Shown here: in pieces, positions 12,225 through 23,700 of the stretch | Layout of the letters: every line of letters starts with the position of its first letter | How positions within the stretch are numbered: the first letter of the stretch is position 1 | Origin: Phallusia mammillata | Taxonomy: Eukaryota | Assembly: GCA_965637545.1 (NCBI GenBank) | Contig: OZ281494.1 | Location: 14,818,001 to 14,882,000, forward strand | Direction: 5' to 3' | DNA length: 64,000 nucleotides | Translations under genes and position numbers: made by a program | Notes under the pieces: generated by a model | The model's database searches: none | What the model was told of the DNA's origin: nothing | The model's input: the letters and a program-made list of their open reading frames with translations, nothing else

Positions 12225-12605
12225 ATGTCAACTATGTCTATTCGAAAGTCACAAGTAAGTGTCAAGGCTCGAATGCACCAGTTGGAGAGTGCAGCAGCCA
12301 GTGCTGATCATGTATCAAGTCACCCTGAACTGCTTAGACAACGACAGAAAATTGCTTCTACAAGCTCAAGCGTACACGAAACAGAGAGTGATACCAGCGA
12401 CGATGAAGCGTTCCAGTTTCGAGAGCTTGTTCGAGTAAGTTTGTCAAGTCGTAACAAATCTGCTTTTACCGCGATTTACGAGCGGTCCGTCCCATATAAC
12501 GCAAACAACTTAAGACGACGTAACACAAATTTTCTACTAATGTGTATTGGTATATTGATAATATTTTTCTCGCCTTGGGAACTGTTTTTACCACGGCGCC
12601 CTTGA
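12225..12605 (+). CDS. Second copy of the orphan tail-anchored ORF, with a junction-created upstream ATG
   Basis: Junction reads ATG TCA ACT ATG TCT; the native upstream region is replaced by antisense perlecan intron sequence. Confidence 0.4.
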   Translation: MSTMSIRKSQVSVKARMHQLESAAASADHVSSHPELLRQRQKIASTSSSVHETESDTSDDEAFQFRELVRVSLSSRNKSAFTAIYERSVPYNANNLRRRNTNFLLMCIGILIIFFSPWELFLPRRP

Positions 12606-12960
12606 TTATAAGCCGATTGTTGGGTTATTAAAAAATAATGCATGCCGCCCTCGATTGTAAGCCACATACTTTGATGTTACCAGTGTTTCGTAATACTTCT
12701 TTCTGTTGTAATGTTTTAAAACTATTTACCCATATTTGTTTGTCACGCAAATAACTGTACCCGCAATATACTTATGTAGTATAAATACTACATGCAAAAG
12801 AATTTTAAACCTGAAATGAAGCACTTATGTAGAAATTATATCGGTGTGAAACTAAATTGTAAGCCGCACAAACTGCAGGATAAAAAATAGCTTTAAAAGC
12901 CACGGCCTACAATCAAATAAATACGGTAACCACATTAAACTGCATTTAAAGGCGTTAGCG

Positions 12961-13293
12961 ATGGACAGTGGAGCAACCGGCAAAGGCGATGAGGAATCAG
13001 AACTCGACGCACTTCGCGAGACTTTCAAAATATTAGACTGCGACGAGGATGGATATATTACGTTGTCAGACCTCCGCGAATCGATGAACAATACTGAATC
13101 AGACTCGGACGAAGATGAGAGCACTCGACTAGGCGATGAGGATTTGGTTGAGATGATAGCAGCCGCTGATGAAAAGGGCGACGGTCGCATCAGCTTCGAG
13201 AGCTTTGTTAAAATGGTCGAGCCCCGAAAAACCAAAAGCTCTCGAGACAAACGAAAAAAGTCCGCGGTCAAGGGCACCGACAAGAGGTCGTGA
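12961..13293 (+). CDS. Second copy of the two-EF-hand protein
   Basis: Identical translation to 7583-7915. Confidence 0.8.
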   Translation: MDSGATGKGDEESELDALRETFKILDCDEDGYITLSDLRESMNNTESDSDEDESTRLGDEDLVEMIAAADEKGDGRISFESFVKMVEPRKTKSSRDKRKKSAVKGTDKRS

Positions 13294-14747
13294 AAAGAGG
13301 CGACCCGTGAAATAAGTTTTGAATGGCAGCTAATTTAAAGAGCTAGGGAAATTATAAACCAATCACAACACTGCGTCGCTGTCTTTATTTTGGCAAAATA
13401 CAACCACAAGTCGTGCTAACATTAAGACAAGATAATTTATTTTCAAATGTAAACTTATTAGTGCCACCTTTTGCCAGCTCTTAGATATATCACGTGCAAT
13501 GTGTATTTGTATTACCCTCACACTTGAGAAAACGCTGATTCGCTTTTGTTCCGCAAAGAAAATATCTGTGTCGTTACTAAATGTAAATAGTATCGAAATC
13601 CTTATTTGAGTGTGTAATACCATACTAATTGTCCAATTTATTGATTTTGTATAATCCTTAGCCTATTTGTATTCACGAGAGCACAATCGGCCCTTCTGCG
13701 AAGTCTGAAACAGAATTTGCAATGTCAGACAAAAGGCACAATACCATGAACATTTTTTTCAAGTAATCACTGTAAAATGTCTTGTACTTTACCTTACTTC
13801 ACTAATAAGAACGTATTTTAACATTGTCTGTATTTTTGTGTCTTTTGCTGCCGCGTAGTTGAGTGAAAATAAACTGACATCACGGCAAACTGCTGGGAAG
13901 AAAAACTGGAAGCAAATTAAATTCAGCGAATTTATGACTTCTTGCCTAAACTTGTGATGAGTTTGAGAACTTACAGTCTGACTATAGCTCTGAGTATAAG
14001 CACAACCATCATATATCCGAAAGAACATATCATCATCCAAAACTTCATTAATGGCGCAACGCACGAAACAAAATTACAAAATGCGGCGTACTGTTTACAC
14101 TTCAGTGCAATGCAACTTAAAGGCAAAACCGTTAATACTATTGATTACAAACCGAGAAAATATACAAGTGGCGGCAAAGGACAGTGGCTGAGTTTGAAGA
14201 ACTGATCACTGTCAGGATGGAAAAAGCTGACGGATAAAGTGCGTGGGCGTGGCGGTCAACGTCACACAATCGTGACCCGCACAATTTAACTCATAGGAGG
14301 TGAAATACGATTATTAAACCGAACACCTGTTGGGAAGCATGACCAATGTGCCTCCGCACTGCAGCACTTTAAAATAGGCAAGAATACGCAATTCTATGCT
14401 GAATCGCAATAAAGACAGAACATGGTAGTGGGTAATCCGGCTCAAGTTTAATTTTGAAATTACTTTTTACATTCCTTAATCGTTGACCCGTTGGATAAAT
14501 ACGAAATACAACCATTTAAAGACTACAAAGTTCCCAGTGGATGTAAATAGGGCTAGTTCGCCCAAAATGGTCTCTAGTCTACCCCATCTTGTCACAATAC
14601 AGCTAATATAAATATTGATGTGTAGATCGACAATGCACCGCACTGGGTGGAAAAAATAACGTGTTTCAAGGTAGAGAATCCTTGCAAATGCTGGAGCGAT
14701 ATTGGCACCGCAGAATCAACATTTCCTATTGACTACTCAACCAATGT

Positions 14748-17700
14748 TTACAAGTTGACCAGGTTGAATAAACCAACAGGTTCGGAACGACACGCCCGCA
14801 ACTTTACCCTTTCCAGGGCCCCAGAGCTGCTGAAATCGAGGGATGGGGTGTCAGCATCATCAAGGTATCTTGAACCGAGTTCGGTTGCTCGGCCAGTCGA
14901 GACCGAAGTCAGTTTGAAGTCTTGTAGACAACCGGCGAAACCTGACGTGTATAGACCAGCTGTAGCGTATCTTACATCGGGTGCTCCACCTAGAAATGAA
15001 AGGGGTTTAAAAAGGGGATAAGAAATAAAACTCATCCAGTTCCCCCCAAAATAACACTAGAAGTTACATTACCAGGAAATAGCATACTTAATAATGATTC
15101 TTGGTGTTGCAAAGTTTAATTTTATGCTTGAATCAATTGACGAAAATGACTTTTTGACTTGGCCAACATTTCATTATTGATCCAAGCATATGCAGACTGC
15201 CCAGAAATGTAATCGGGCCACTGACAAATGCACAACGATTCAAACTTCCACTCACCCACATAAACCCGGCCTGGGGTATTGGCATCGTTGTGGGTCGACG
15301 CTGATTGGACCGCTGTGGGTGCCACGTGATCGTCGATCCACATCAGAGCCAGAGAGCCACGCCTGACTATTGTCGCCTTGTGCCATAAACCGTCGACGAC
15401 TGGAAAGGTGCTTGTTGCGCTGCTACGTCCGCCGCCAAGGTCGAAACTGTACACAAGGTAGGACGCCTGAAGACCGACGGAAATAAAATCCCCGTTCCGC
15501 CGCCGACCGTTGCTCGTGGATGAAGCCCGACGACCTTCCAAGTCCTTGTGGATAATGACAGATATACATTTAAGTATGGGTCATTGTGTACGGATTTTAC
15601 GAATAAATTTGATTGTTTTGTACAAGAAAGTACCACATTTTGCATGGGAAAATGCAACAATCAAACTTTAAAAGAAAGATGTGTGACAAAGCGCTCGAGC
15701 ACGTGGCCCAATGGCATTAGCACTTGCCCGGGCCTTCAACACATGGATACCCGAAAGTAGAAATAATCGCGTCTGCGTGCAGTTAGCCTTTCTTATTTAA
15801 CTTCGTGACTAGGATCAATCTGTTAAATTTTGCCTTTTATACATAATAGTCCACTATATCTTTACTCTTATCTTTAAATCACAAATAAAGGTTATAACTA
15901 TCATACATGTATGACCTCTCCATGGAAGAAAATCAGGCCTTCGGGGTTGGTTGCATGAAAACGGAAGCTGATCTGTTCAGCTGCACCGTCATGAAGGAAA
16001 GTGCTTGGGTGGAATGAGGCATAAGAACTGCGAACAAAACGCGCGGAAGGGCGACTTCGTGCAAGGAACATCCCACTTGGTTGCATATCTGTGAAAAGAG
16101 TTTGTTGGAAGTTGAGGGCAGAGTCAAGCATACAAAGATTTAGGGCTTTAAATGTTGATATATTCCTGTATTACAAAGTGGAAATGTTTACAGTAAGTAT
16201 TGTAAAGTACAAGATTTAACTTTAAGTCGGTTATTTAGGTACGGGTAGGTAAAACGTGTAATGTATTTTTAGTCTAGCTATTCTGTTTCAAACAGTTGTA
16301 CACGTTAACACTAACCCGACAAAATGTCGTTGTTTTCGGCCACAACTTCCTCCGTACAAACGCCAATGTTTTTCTTTGCGAACTTTTTACCGAAAGCCAA
16401 GTTTTTCTTATTGATCTTCAGCTGTGAAAAAAACACATGCCATGAGTTTACAGTTGAGCCAATCAGAATCTGACACGTAACAATCACTCACCTGTGACAC
16501 GCATCCGTCAAATCCATCACGAACGTAAACTTTATCTGCAATGCCTTCCCAGAACTTAACGCCGCCAATAAACATGGGTCCAGTGACCCCCAGGAGACCG
16601 AAACCGGACGCCTTAGCACGGGCCACGACACGTCCATCAACTTCGACCTTTCCCTTGCCTCTACGACGAATTGCTCTGATCACGTGCCAAGTCCCAACCC
16701 CGATTACTGAGGCTGGAGTTCTGATAATTGCAGTGTCTGTAATATAGACAAATGTTTAAAGATTAAGCTTTGAAGTTTTGTTTTAGTTCGACTGATGGTA
16801 AAATTGGTAAAACCACCTTGTAAAAAATGAGTTCATGAAAACCGATTTTTACAACGAGCAAATAATTTGTTGAGGGAGGAATAAAAAGACGTAGGTGTAT
16901 GATCTTAGCGGTAAAAACAAAATACTGGTGTTTTAACATTGTAGTTTTTCAGACAAAAAAGTGAGTATTTTGTAGTTTCACAGTGGTTGAAAGAACTTGA
17001 TAAATATATAACCACATTATTTGTTCATTATTTACTATGTTTGTACTTTCGAAGACCAAAGTGGTCAAAACCTCAAATCACGGAAAATGGAAAAGTTACT
17101 TAATCATAACAAGTTACCTGTTCCCCAAGAAAACCGAAATTCTATAGCGTTGTCGCGGATCGCCAGCGACACGAAGTGGTAGTTTGAAAACTGATCATTT
17201 CCATTACTTTCGTCTCTGTTAAATAACAGGAGACCGTTGGATCTTGAATTTCTTCTGATCCTCATCGTGATGTCGGTGCGTTGTGGCAAAGATGCACGGA
17301 CCGATTTCGACATCATGTACGATTCCTGCAATAATGAAAATAGAAAAAATAATGATGTTTGTTTCCATTTTATTTTGTTTTGTTTCGGTCAATGCTTATC
17401 CTCAACCCCAACTGGTGTGTCAAACCGACCACTAAATAGTCAAATATAGGACGAAGTAATATCGTTGGATTGTTTAACCGTGATGGTAAAGCATCGCGAA
17501 AGACCAAAAACCTTTTTAAGTACAAAGAAGTTATACAAACATCCAGCCAACAAGCAAATTTACGATGCGTGGAGAAAGAGATAGTGTTGATACACACACA
17601 AGATGTCGTGCTAAAATATCGTAACGACAACTGCAGACTTAAAAATGAAAAAAAAAAAAAAAAAAAAAAAAAAGGTTTTTTTTTCACCAGATCAGATAAA

Positions 17701-20700
17701 TTAAATTCAGTTTAAAACAAATGTTACCTTGTTGAATGCTACAGTCTCTGGAATATCCTCAGTGGGTTTAATCTTTGGTAGGAAATTACTTGTTACGTTT
17801 TCCATGGTCAGTAACAGTCCCTTGGCTTCCAGCCTTGGTCTATCGGGTGCTACGTCAAACAGGTCGCTTAATGAAGGTGCACGGTTGTCGACTTGGTTCG
17901 CACATCGAGGGCCGACCCAGTCAGTTTCACATATACAGCGGTAACCGAGTTCACGACCTAAATCACGCTCACATGTACCGTGTTCTGCACAGGATCCTGT
18001 GAAAAGGAAAGAAAATGCAAGTTTGAGATCCATTGTTGAATGTGGGATAAGGACGTTTTTGCGACTCAAGTATTTATAAACGGGTGTTACTGATGGCCCC
18101 TCATATCACTGATGATGACATGAGTATTTGCAGAAGGTCCAACACTTTGTACAAGAAGTAAAAGACAAAAGTTAGGCTCGGATAGTTTGCTTAGCCTAAA
18201 TGAAAATTTGCTGCTTTGAAAGAGAAGGCAAACGAAAAACGCATAAAAAGTATTTAACGTTCTCTTATTTTCATTACATTTCGTAAATTCAAATTCGGAC
18301 AGAAAAATCTATCAAATAGCACGCTGTGTTCGAGTCATATGCCCCATTCAATTACTAGAGATTCTTGTCAACACTTTTAGCTGTGATAAGAAAATAGCCA
18401 ATTTGAACCTTAAACTATCAACAAATATCCAGGTGGTTCAAATGTTTATAAATCACAATGAATTTGGGCATGATACAAACCTTCTTTGCAGAGATCCTGT
18501 TCCACAAATTGGCAATTGTCTCCGAGTATTCCATCAGGACATTGACACGCGAATCCGGTTTTCGAGTCGTAGGTTTCCACGCACATTCCCTCGTTATAAC
18601 ACGGGGAGTCGCTTTTGTCGGCTCCGCAAGTCTTACACCGAACAATGCCTACACGATTGACCTCAGGTGACCCCATATCGATGACCTCCGTGTTGACCTC
18701 GAGTTGGCTGATGCAACCTACAGGGCAAAATGATAAGGCAATGTAATATATGACACAAAAGACTAAAGGCAAAAAAAATTTATTTAAACTATGGTACGCA
18801 AATCGAGTAAAGACTGTGAAAATACGCAATTTAAAACGTGAACATAGGATTTTTGAAATTCTTAAATGTACAATAAACCTCGGTTAATTCGGACTTATTT
18901 GGACCAAAACAAATTGTCTGATTAGGCGAAGATCCAGATTAACTGATGTCGATTAGTTCAAGCCTCACCACATTACAAATCATTTGTACCTCAAGTTTTG
19001 TACAAATTGAGCGAAAATCCGATTAACCGAATCCGCTTTTACTGAGGTTACTGTACCATTCATAGAACAAGAAGTCAAATTCGTCTAAAAAAGAGAAGGC
19101 AGCACAGCATTGTCCCTTCTATACGTTTGACACTAACCGTAAAATCCTAAATCGTGGCCCAGGTTCTGTATTTCACGCGGCAGACGTCCGTCCAAGTCAC
19201 GTGGTATTCCTCCAAGGTAGAGTTGCGAGTCGACGTCCAGAGCACGAAACTCTCCCGGGGATTTCCCCTTCACCACTTCTCCGTCGTCCAATCGGATCTC
19301 TCCTGTCTTGCCGTTCCGGGAAATCACCACCGTGTGCCATTCACCAATCACAGCAGCCGACGCACTTCGGATGGTAACCGACCCCGAACCCACGTCAAAA
19401 CGGAAATCCAACTGCAACAACGTGCAATTTGGTAAAGCTGACTATTTCAAACATTGAACAGCGTAAAACTGTACGACTATGCCCGTTCAAGCATTTTGAG
19501 GCAGTAACACGCAGTTTAAAAAATCTGGGTTTGTTGCACGAATGGTCTTTGGCAGGTGAAGTATCAATAGGGTGAATAGGCGAGTATGTCACAAACAATG
19601 AGTTAAATCAGAACAACACAATGACAATACTTTCTCCGATGTTACAAGTTTTACTTTTAATTAAAAACGTTAAAAAAAAATTTTTTTAAATGTGAAAACT
19701 TTGTGTCATCGAATTTACTTTTAAAGTCCAAACGACGTGAAATCATTTTTACAATTCTGCTTGCTATTAACCTGAAAAATTGTGGTATTTTTACAATAGG
19801 AAACTTACGTATCCGTCGGCCATGTTGAGGCTGATAAAGTCGCTTCCCATGCTAAAAGCGTACAAGAGAAGTCCGTTGAGAGAATTTGCTCGGAACGAGA
19901 GTTTGATGTTGAAACTGATGTAGAACTGGTTGGGCGTCAAGTCCATAGCGACATAAGAACGTTCAGTTTGCGAGAAGAACGGAATAAAAGCTGAAAAAAC
20001 AAAAACAATCCGTATTTCGTAAATAGCATTAGCTGTTTTTGTTACCTTTAGTGGGTCAAATAGTAAAAAGCGACATATTTTAACACCACCATTCGGAAAA
20101 CCATTATTTCATAATCAGAGACTTCATTTTCTTCAGGTTTTAGACTTGGTTAATAAAGTGGTATGGAGCAAAATAAAAAAAGCAAACAAAAGTCGTTTCT
20201 GGCTCTTAAGGTTGAATTGAGAGAGCACCCTGAGATATTTACGTAGATTTTGACTACAGTGTTATGTGACTTGGGCAACTTACAATGTACGACCACTGTG
20301 GCTTGTTGCTGCACAGATCCCACCTGGTTTGCAGCAGAACAAACGTAAACTCCGCTGTTTTCAGGCAGCGCGTTTCCGAGATCCAAAACCTCGTTCATGT
20401 TTGGAGATAGTTCCCCATCCTAAGCATACAAAAGTTTAAGTGTAATGTCATAGTAGACTACAAGAATCAGCCTGTGTGACAGGGCGGTGACCGACGGATC
20501 TGTCTACACTTATCAGACAAAATGTACTCAAAAAGAGCAGCAGACGATCAGCGTCAGTGTAATGTTTTATTTTTGAAAAACAGAAATATTAATTTCGCCT
20601 ATTTGGGCATCGTCAGTTTCCGTCTAAAAAGAAAAGAACGATAAAAACACATAAAAGCTAAAACGGTAAAATACTACGGTAAAATACAGCCGCAAAATCA

Positions 20701-23700
20701 GACTAAAGCGATGAAAAACGCACGACCCCTTATCACTTAATGACGTCATCGCCTTCTAACGTGTGTTAGTTTTTTCGCTTGCTACTGGCGCCTTTATTGC
20801 CACCCCTTTTTAACAGTCAGTTAGCTTTGGTGTTAGTTGCAGACCTTCTCCGTTGTTTTTCATCGCTTTAGTCTGATTTTGCGGCTGTATTTTACCGTCG
20901 TATTTTACCGTTTTAGCTTTTATGTGTTTTTATCGTTCTTTTCTTTTTAGACGGAAACTGACGATGCCCAAATAGGCGAAATTAATATTTCTGTTTTTCA
21001 AAAATAAAACATTACACTGACGCTGATCGTCTGCTGCTCTTTTTGAGTACATTTTGTACATACAAAAGTTTAATAATTAAAAAAAAAACTTAAATATTTT
21101 GTTAAAACTTGTGTTTTTGGACGGTTTTGAGGTTGTCAATGCCAATTTAACCCTTTTCCGGTAGATGTTGGTATTTGCGACCCCTGTTTTGTTTTTTAAC
21201 AAAAACTCCGTCAATCTGTCAGGTTGGGGTCAGGTTTCGAGCCAGGTTTAAGCCCCAATCAAACAGGCATGATTCAGGTTTGACTTTATGCTGGGCATCA
21301 TTTTGGGGCCTGGCAGACCGGGTTTCGGGCATGTGCATTAAGGTTTGGTCCAGGCTCTAATTGCAGGCCAGCTTACAACTCTGGGCGGCATATCAGGAAA
21401 TAAGTACGGTGTATTCGGGCCAAACATTGTGCAAAGATACAAATTGCCTGACTTTTGACACAGGTGTTATCCCGCACAGAAAACAGTGTTGTAGGTCAAG
21501 CATGACTTTGGTCAAATCGCAGGAATTCGGTTAATGCTTGCGCTACGTGCGTCCGTGCTTGACGCCCGCAACTCGTAACAGTATAACACGCAATCGATGA
21601 TCCGCTAAATCGGTCGGAACGAGATGAGATATATGATAAGATAACAGACCGATTGCGATGTTCACATGGGAGACCAGATGCAAGGAGTTAACGATTGGTT
21701 GTTTAGGTGCAGAAACCAGTAGTTTGGTAAATTGCTCAATTTAAGTGGAAACTAACATACTGTCGCATCCAGAATAGTCAAGAAAATTATGACGATACTA
21801 TATTATGTTATGTCAGTGATAACCATGAGTTTTTTGACCAGGTAGTCCTTATGACGTGCAAAATACATGTTAGTTAGGGGCGTGTTAAAAGCCTTATAAC
21901 GTCAGAAGGCTTAACTGTTGTTGCTCAAAACACCTCTAGTGGTAAAAAATTGGAACATAAGCTGACTAAGAAAAAATTTACTCTTTGAGGGCCTAACGGG
22001 GTAACCGCTGGGGCTATCAAGTCAAACGAAACTGATGAAACATCTACATTACCATATCTACCAGCTGTAAAAGTTTCACCCAAATCCATTAAAGATTTCA
22101 TGGAAAAAGTACATGGACAAATTTCACCAAAGAAAAACAAAACAAAAACATAGTTAAATCAAGATGTGTACCCTTCAGGATAGTTGCAATATTTTCTGCT
22201 TTAGACTCAAAAAGAAATATAAATATTCCTTTATTTCCTTTCCCGGAAAAAAGATACGCACCTGTTTGCTCCAAGTAATGTTAGAAGCAAGAGTAGAGTT
22301 GACGAGACAACTTAACGTGAGTGGTTCGTGAGCTCGTACCTCCAGAAATGTTGGTTCAACTTTGACCTCTGGCGATCCTGTAAAGCAAATTCCCCATTAC
22401 AAGATCGTACTAGCACCAAAACTTTTATTAACCAACTCCAGATATATACGTACCGTGTATTAAAACGTCCAACGTGTCTCTTGTTGTCCCAACAGAGTTA
22501 TTTGCCACACAAGCGTATGTTCCCGAGTCCGAAGCTGTTCCATTCATTGCGTGTCGACTCTCGTCGTCAAGTGGAAGTTGAGTGTCACCCTGAAAACATA
22601 ACAAATCATCTTTAATCAAACTGTACATGATAAAGGCAGAATATTTTAAAATAGTGGCTTGCGAATAAAATCTGACTTGGTATGAAATGGCAGTGTCTAT
22701 ATTAAAGTTGAATCGAAAGAATTTTACCTTTGTGAACAACTAACTTCTTCTTCCGTATTGCGTGCGACCAGTGCACCAAGTGTTTTATGCAAAAATGCAT
22801 TGGAAATTTTTTAAAATTCATGCAACGTAAACGTTAAAGGCTATTGTGATTCGGTTCGGGGAAAAAACTGACCATTGGATCGCAATTCACGAACGTGCCT
22901 ACATAGCCTACCTTGTATAGAAACATGTCAGGTTTTGGAATCCCCGACGAGTTGCAGAAGATTTCATAAGTTCGTCCTTCAATCAGAATGTCCTCATTTC
23001 CGATCAGGTCAATAAACGCAGTTGGTGCAGCTAAGCAACACACAGAAATTGCAATGTAATTTTAACTAAATATTTATCCAATTAAAACGCTGCAAACCGA
23101 AGTGTGTCAAACAAACTGTTGAGGAGGCGTTTGTTTATTACTGTACCTTGCACTTGCAGTGTGACTGTGTCAGATGTGGTTCCGGCTGCATTGCTTGCCG
23201 TACATTGGTAAACCCCAGCATCTGCTACTTGTATATCCTCAATTGCCAATCGCCCGTTTAAATTCGTCAATGCCTGCAACGATACGCATATTAAACATTA
23301 AACTAGGCAACCACGATCTAATAAAGGGATCGCATGTAACAACGGTATTGTTTTTGATCAACGACATACACAGAAAAGCACCTTATCGTGTAAAATTTTC
23401 TGAAAATTTAAGTCCATATGTTTTACCCGGTCTTCGGGGAGGCTTTGGCCGTCGACTCGACTCCAAGAAATTTCGACATCCAGTGCATCGCCATCTGGTG
23501 TGCATTGGAACTCAATGAAGTCGCCGACTGTTTTTGTGACTTCTGTAGGTTGAACTTGTATTATTGGTGGATCTGAAACACAAACACAGTGATAGGAATT
23601 TAATATGACAGGTTTTCGAACCCCAACATATCTCTGTAGTTACCAATCATTTTCCTTTGGTTTGACAAACTTGGGCGGTATGGTAATGTAATGTTATCCT

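Larger units (their letters stand above)
6848..17607. repeat. Tandem segmental duplication, unit 5378 bp (6848-12225 and 12226-17603), TGTC microhomology
   Basis: All ORFs recur with identical translation at offset 5378; TGTC is present at 6848-6851, 12226-12229 and 17604-17607 with mismatching flanks. Confidence 0.97.
14748..19990 (-). other. Perlecan domain V (LG1-EGF-EGF-linker-LG2-LG3)
   Basis: NGLLLY, LYLGG, GCISQL, two EGF repeats, NGLLLF...FIGG...FDGCVSQL, EGLIFF...VYVGG...FAGCLQDF. Confidence 0.9.
20440..21058. mobile_element. Foldback insertion with about 200-bp inverted arms, hammerhead motifs and a 15-bp target duplication (Penelope/retrozyme-like)
   Basis: Arms about 20517-20719 and 20855-21057, near-perfect (1 mismatch seen); CATACAAAAGTTTAA at 20425-20439 and 21059-21073. 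Confidence 0.85.

Noticed and set aside
7474-17944. Many 60-140 aa ORFs antisense to perlecan or EF-hand exons
   Set aside because: Shadow frames of real coding exons; no independent features
21925-22160. Coding-looking + strand stretch (GPNGVTAG...KKNKTKT) in a perlecan intron
   Set aside because: No start or recognisable domain; possibly decayed TE sequence
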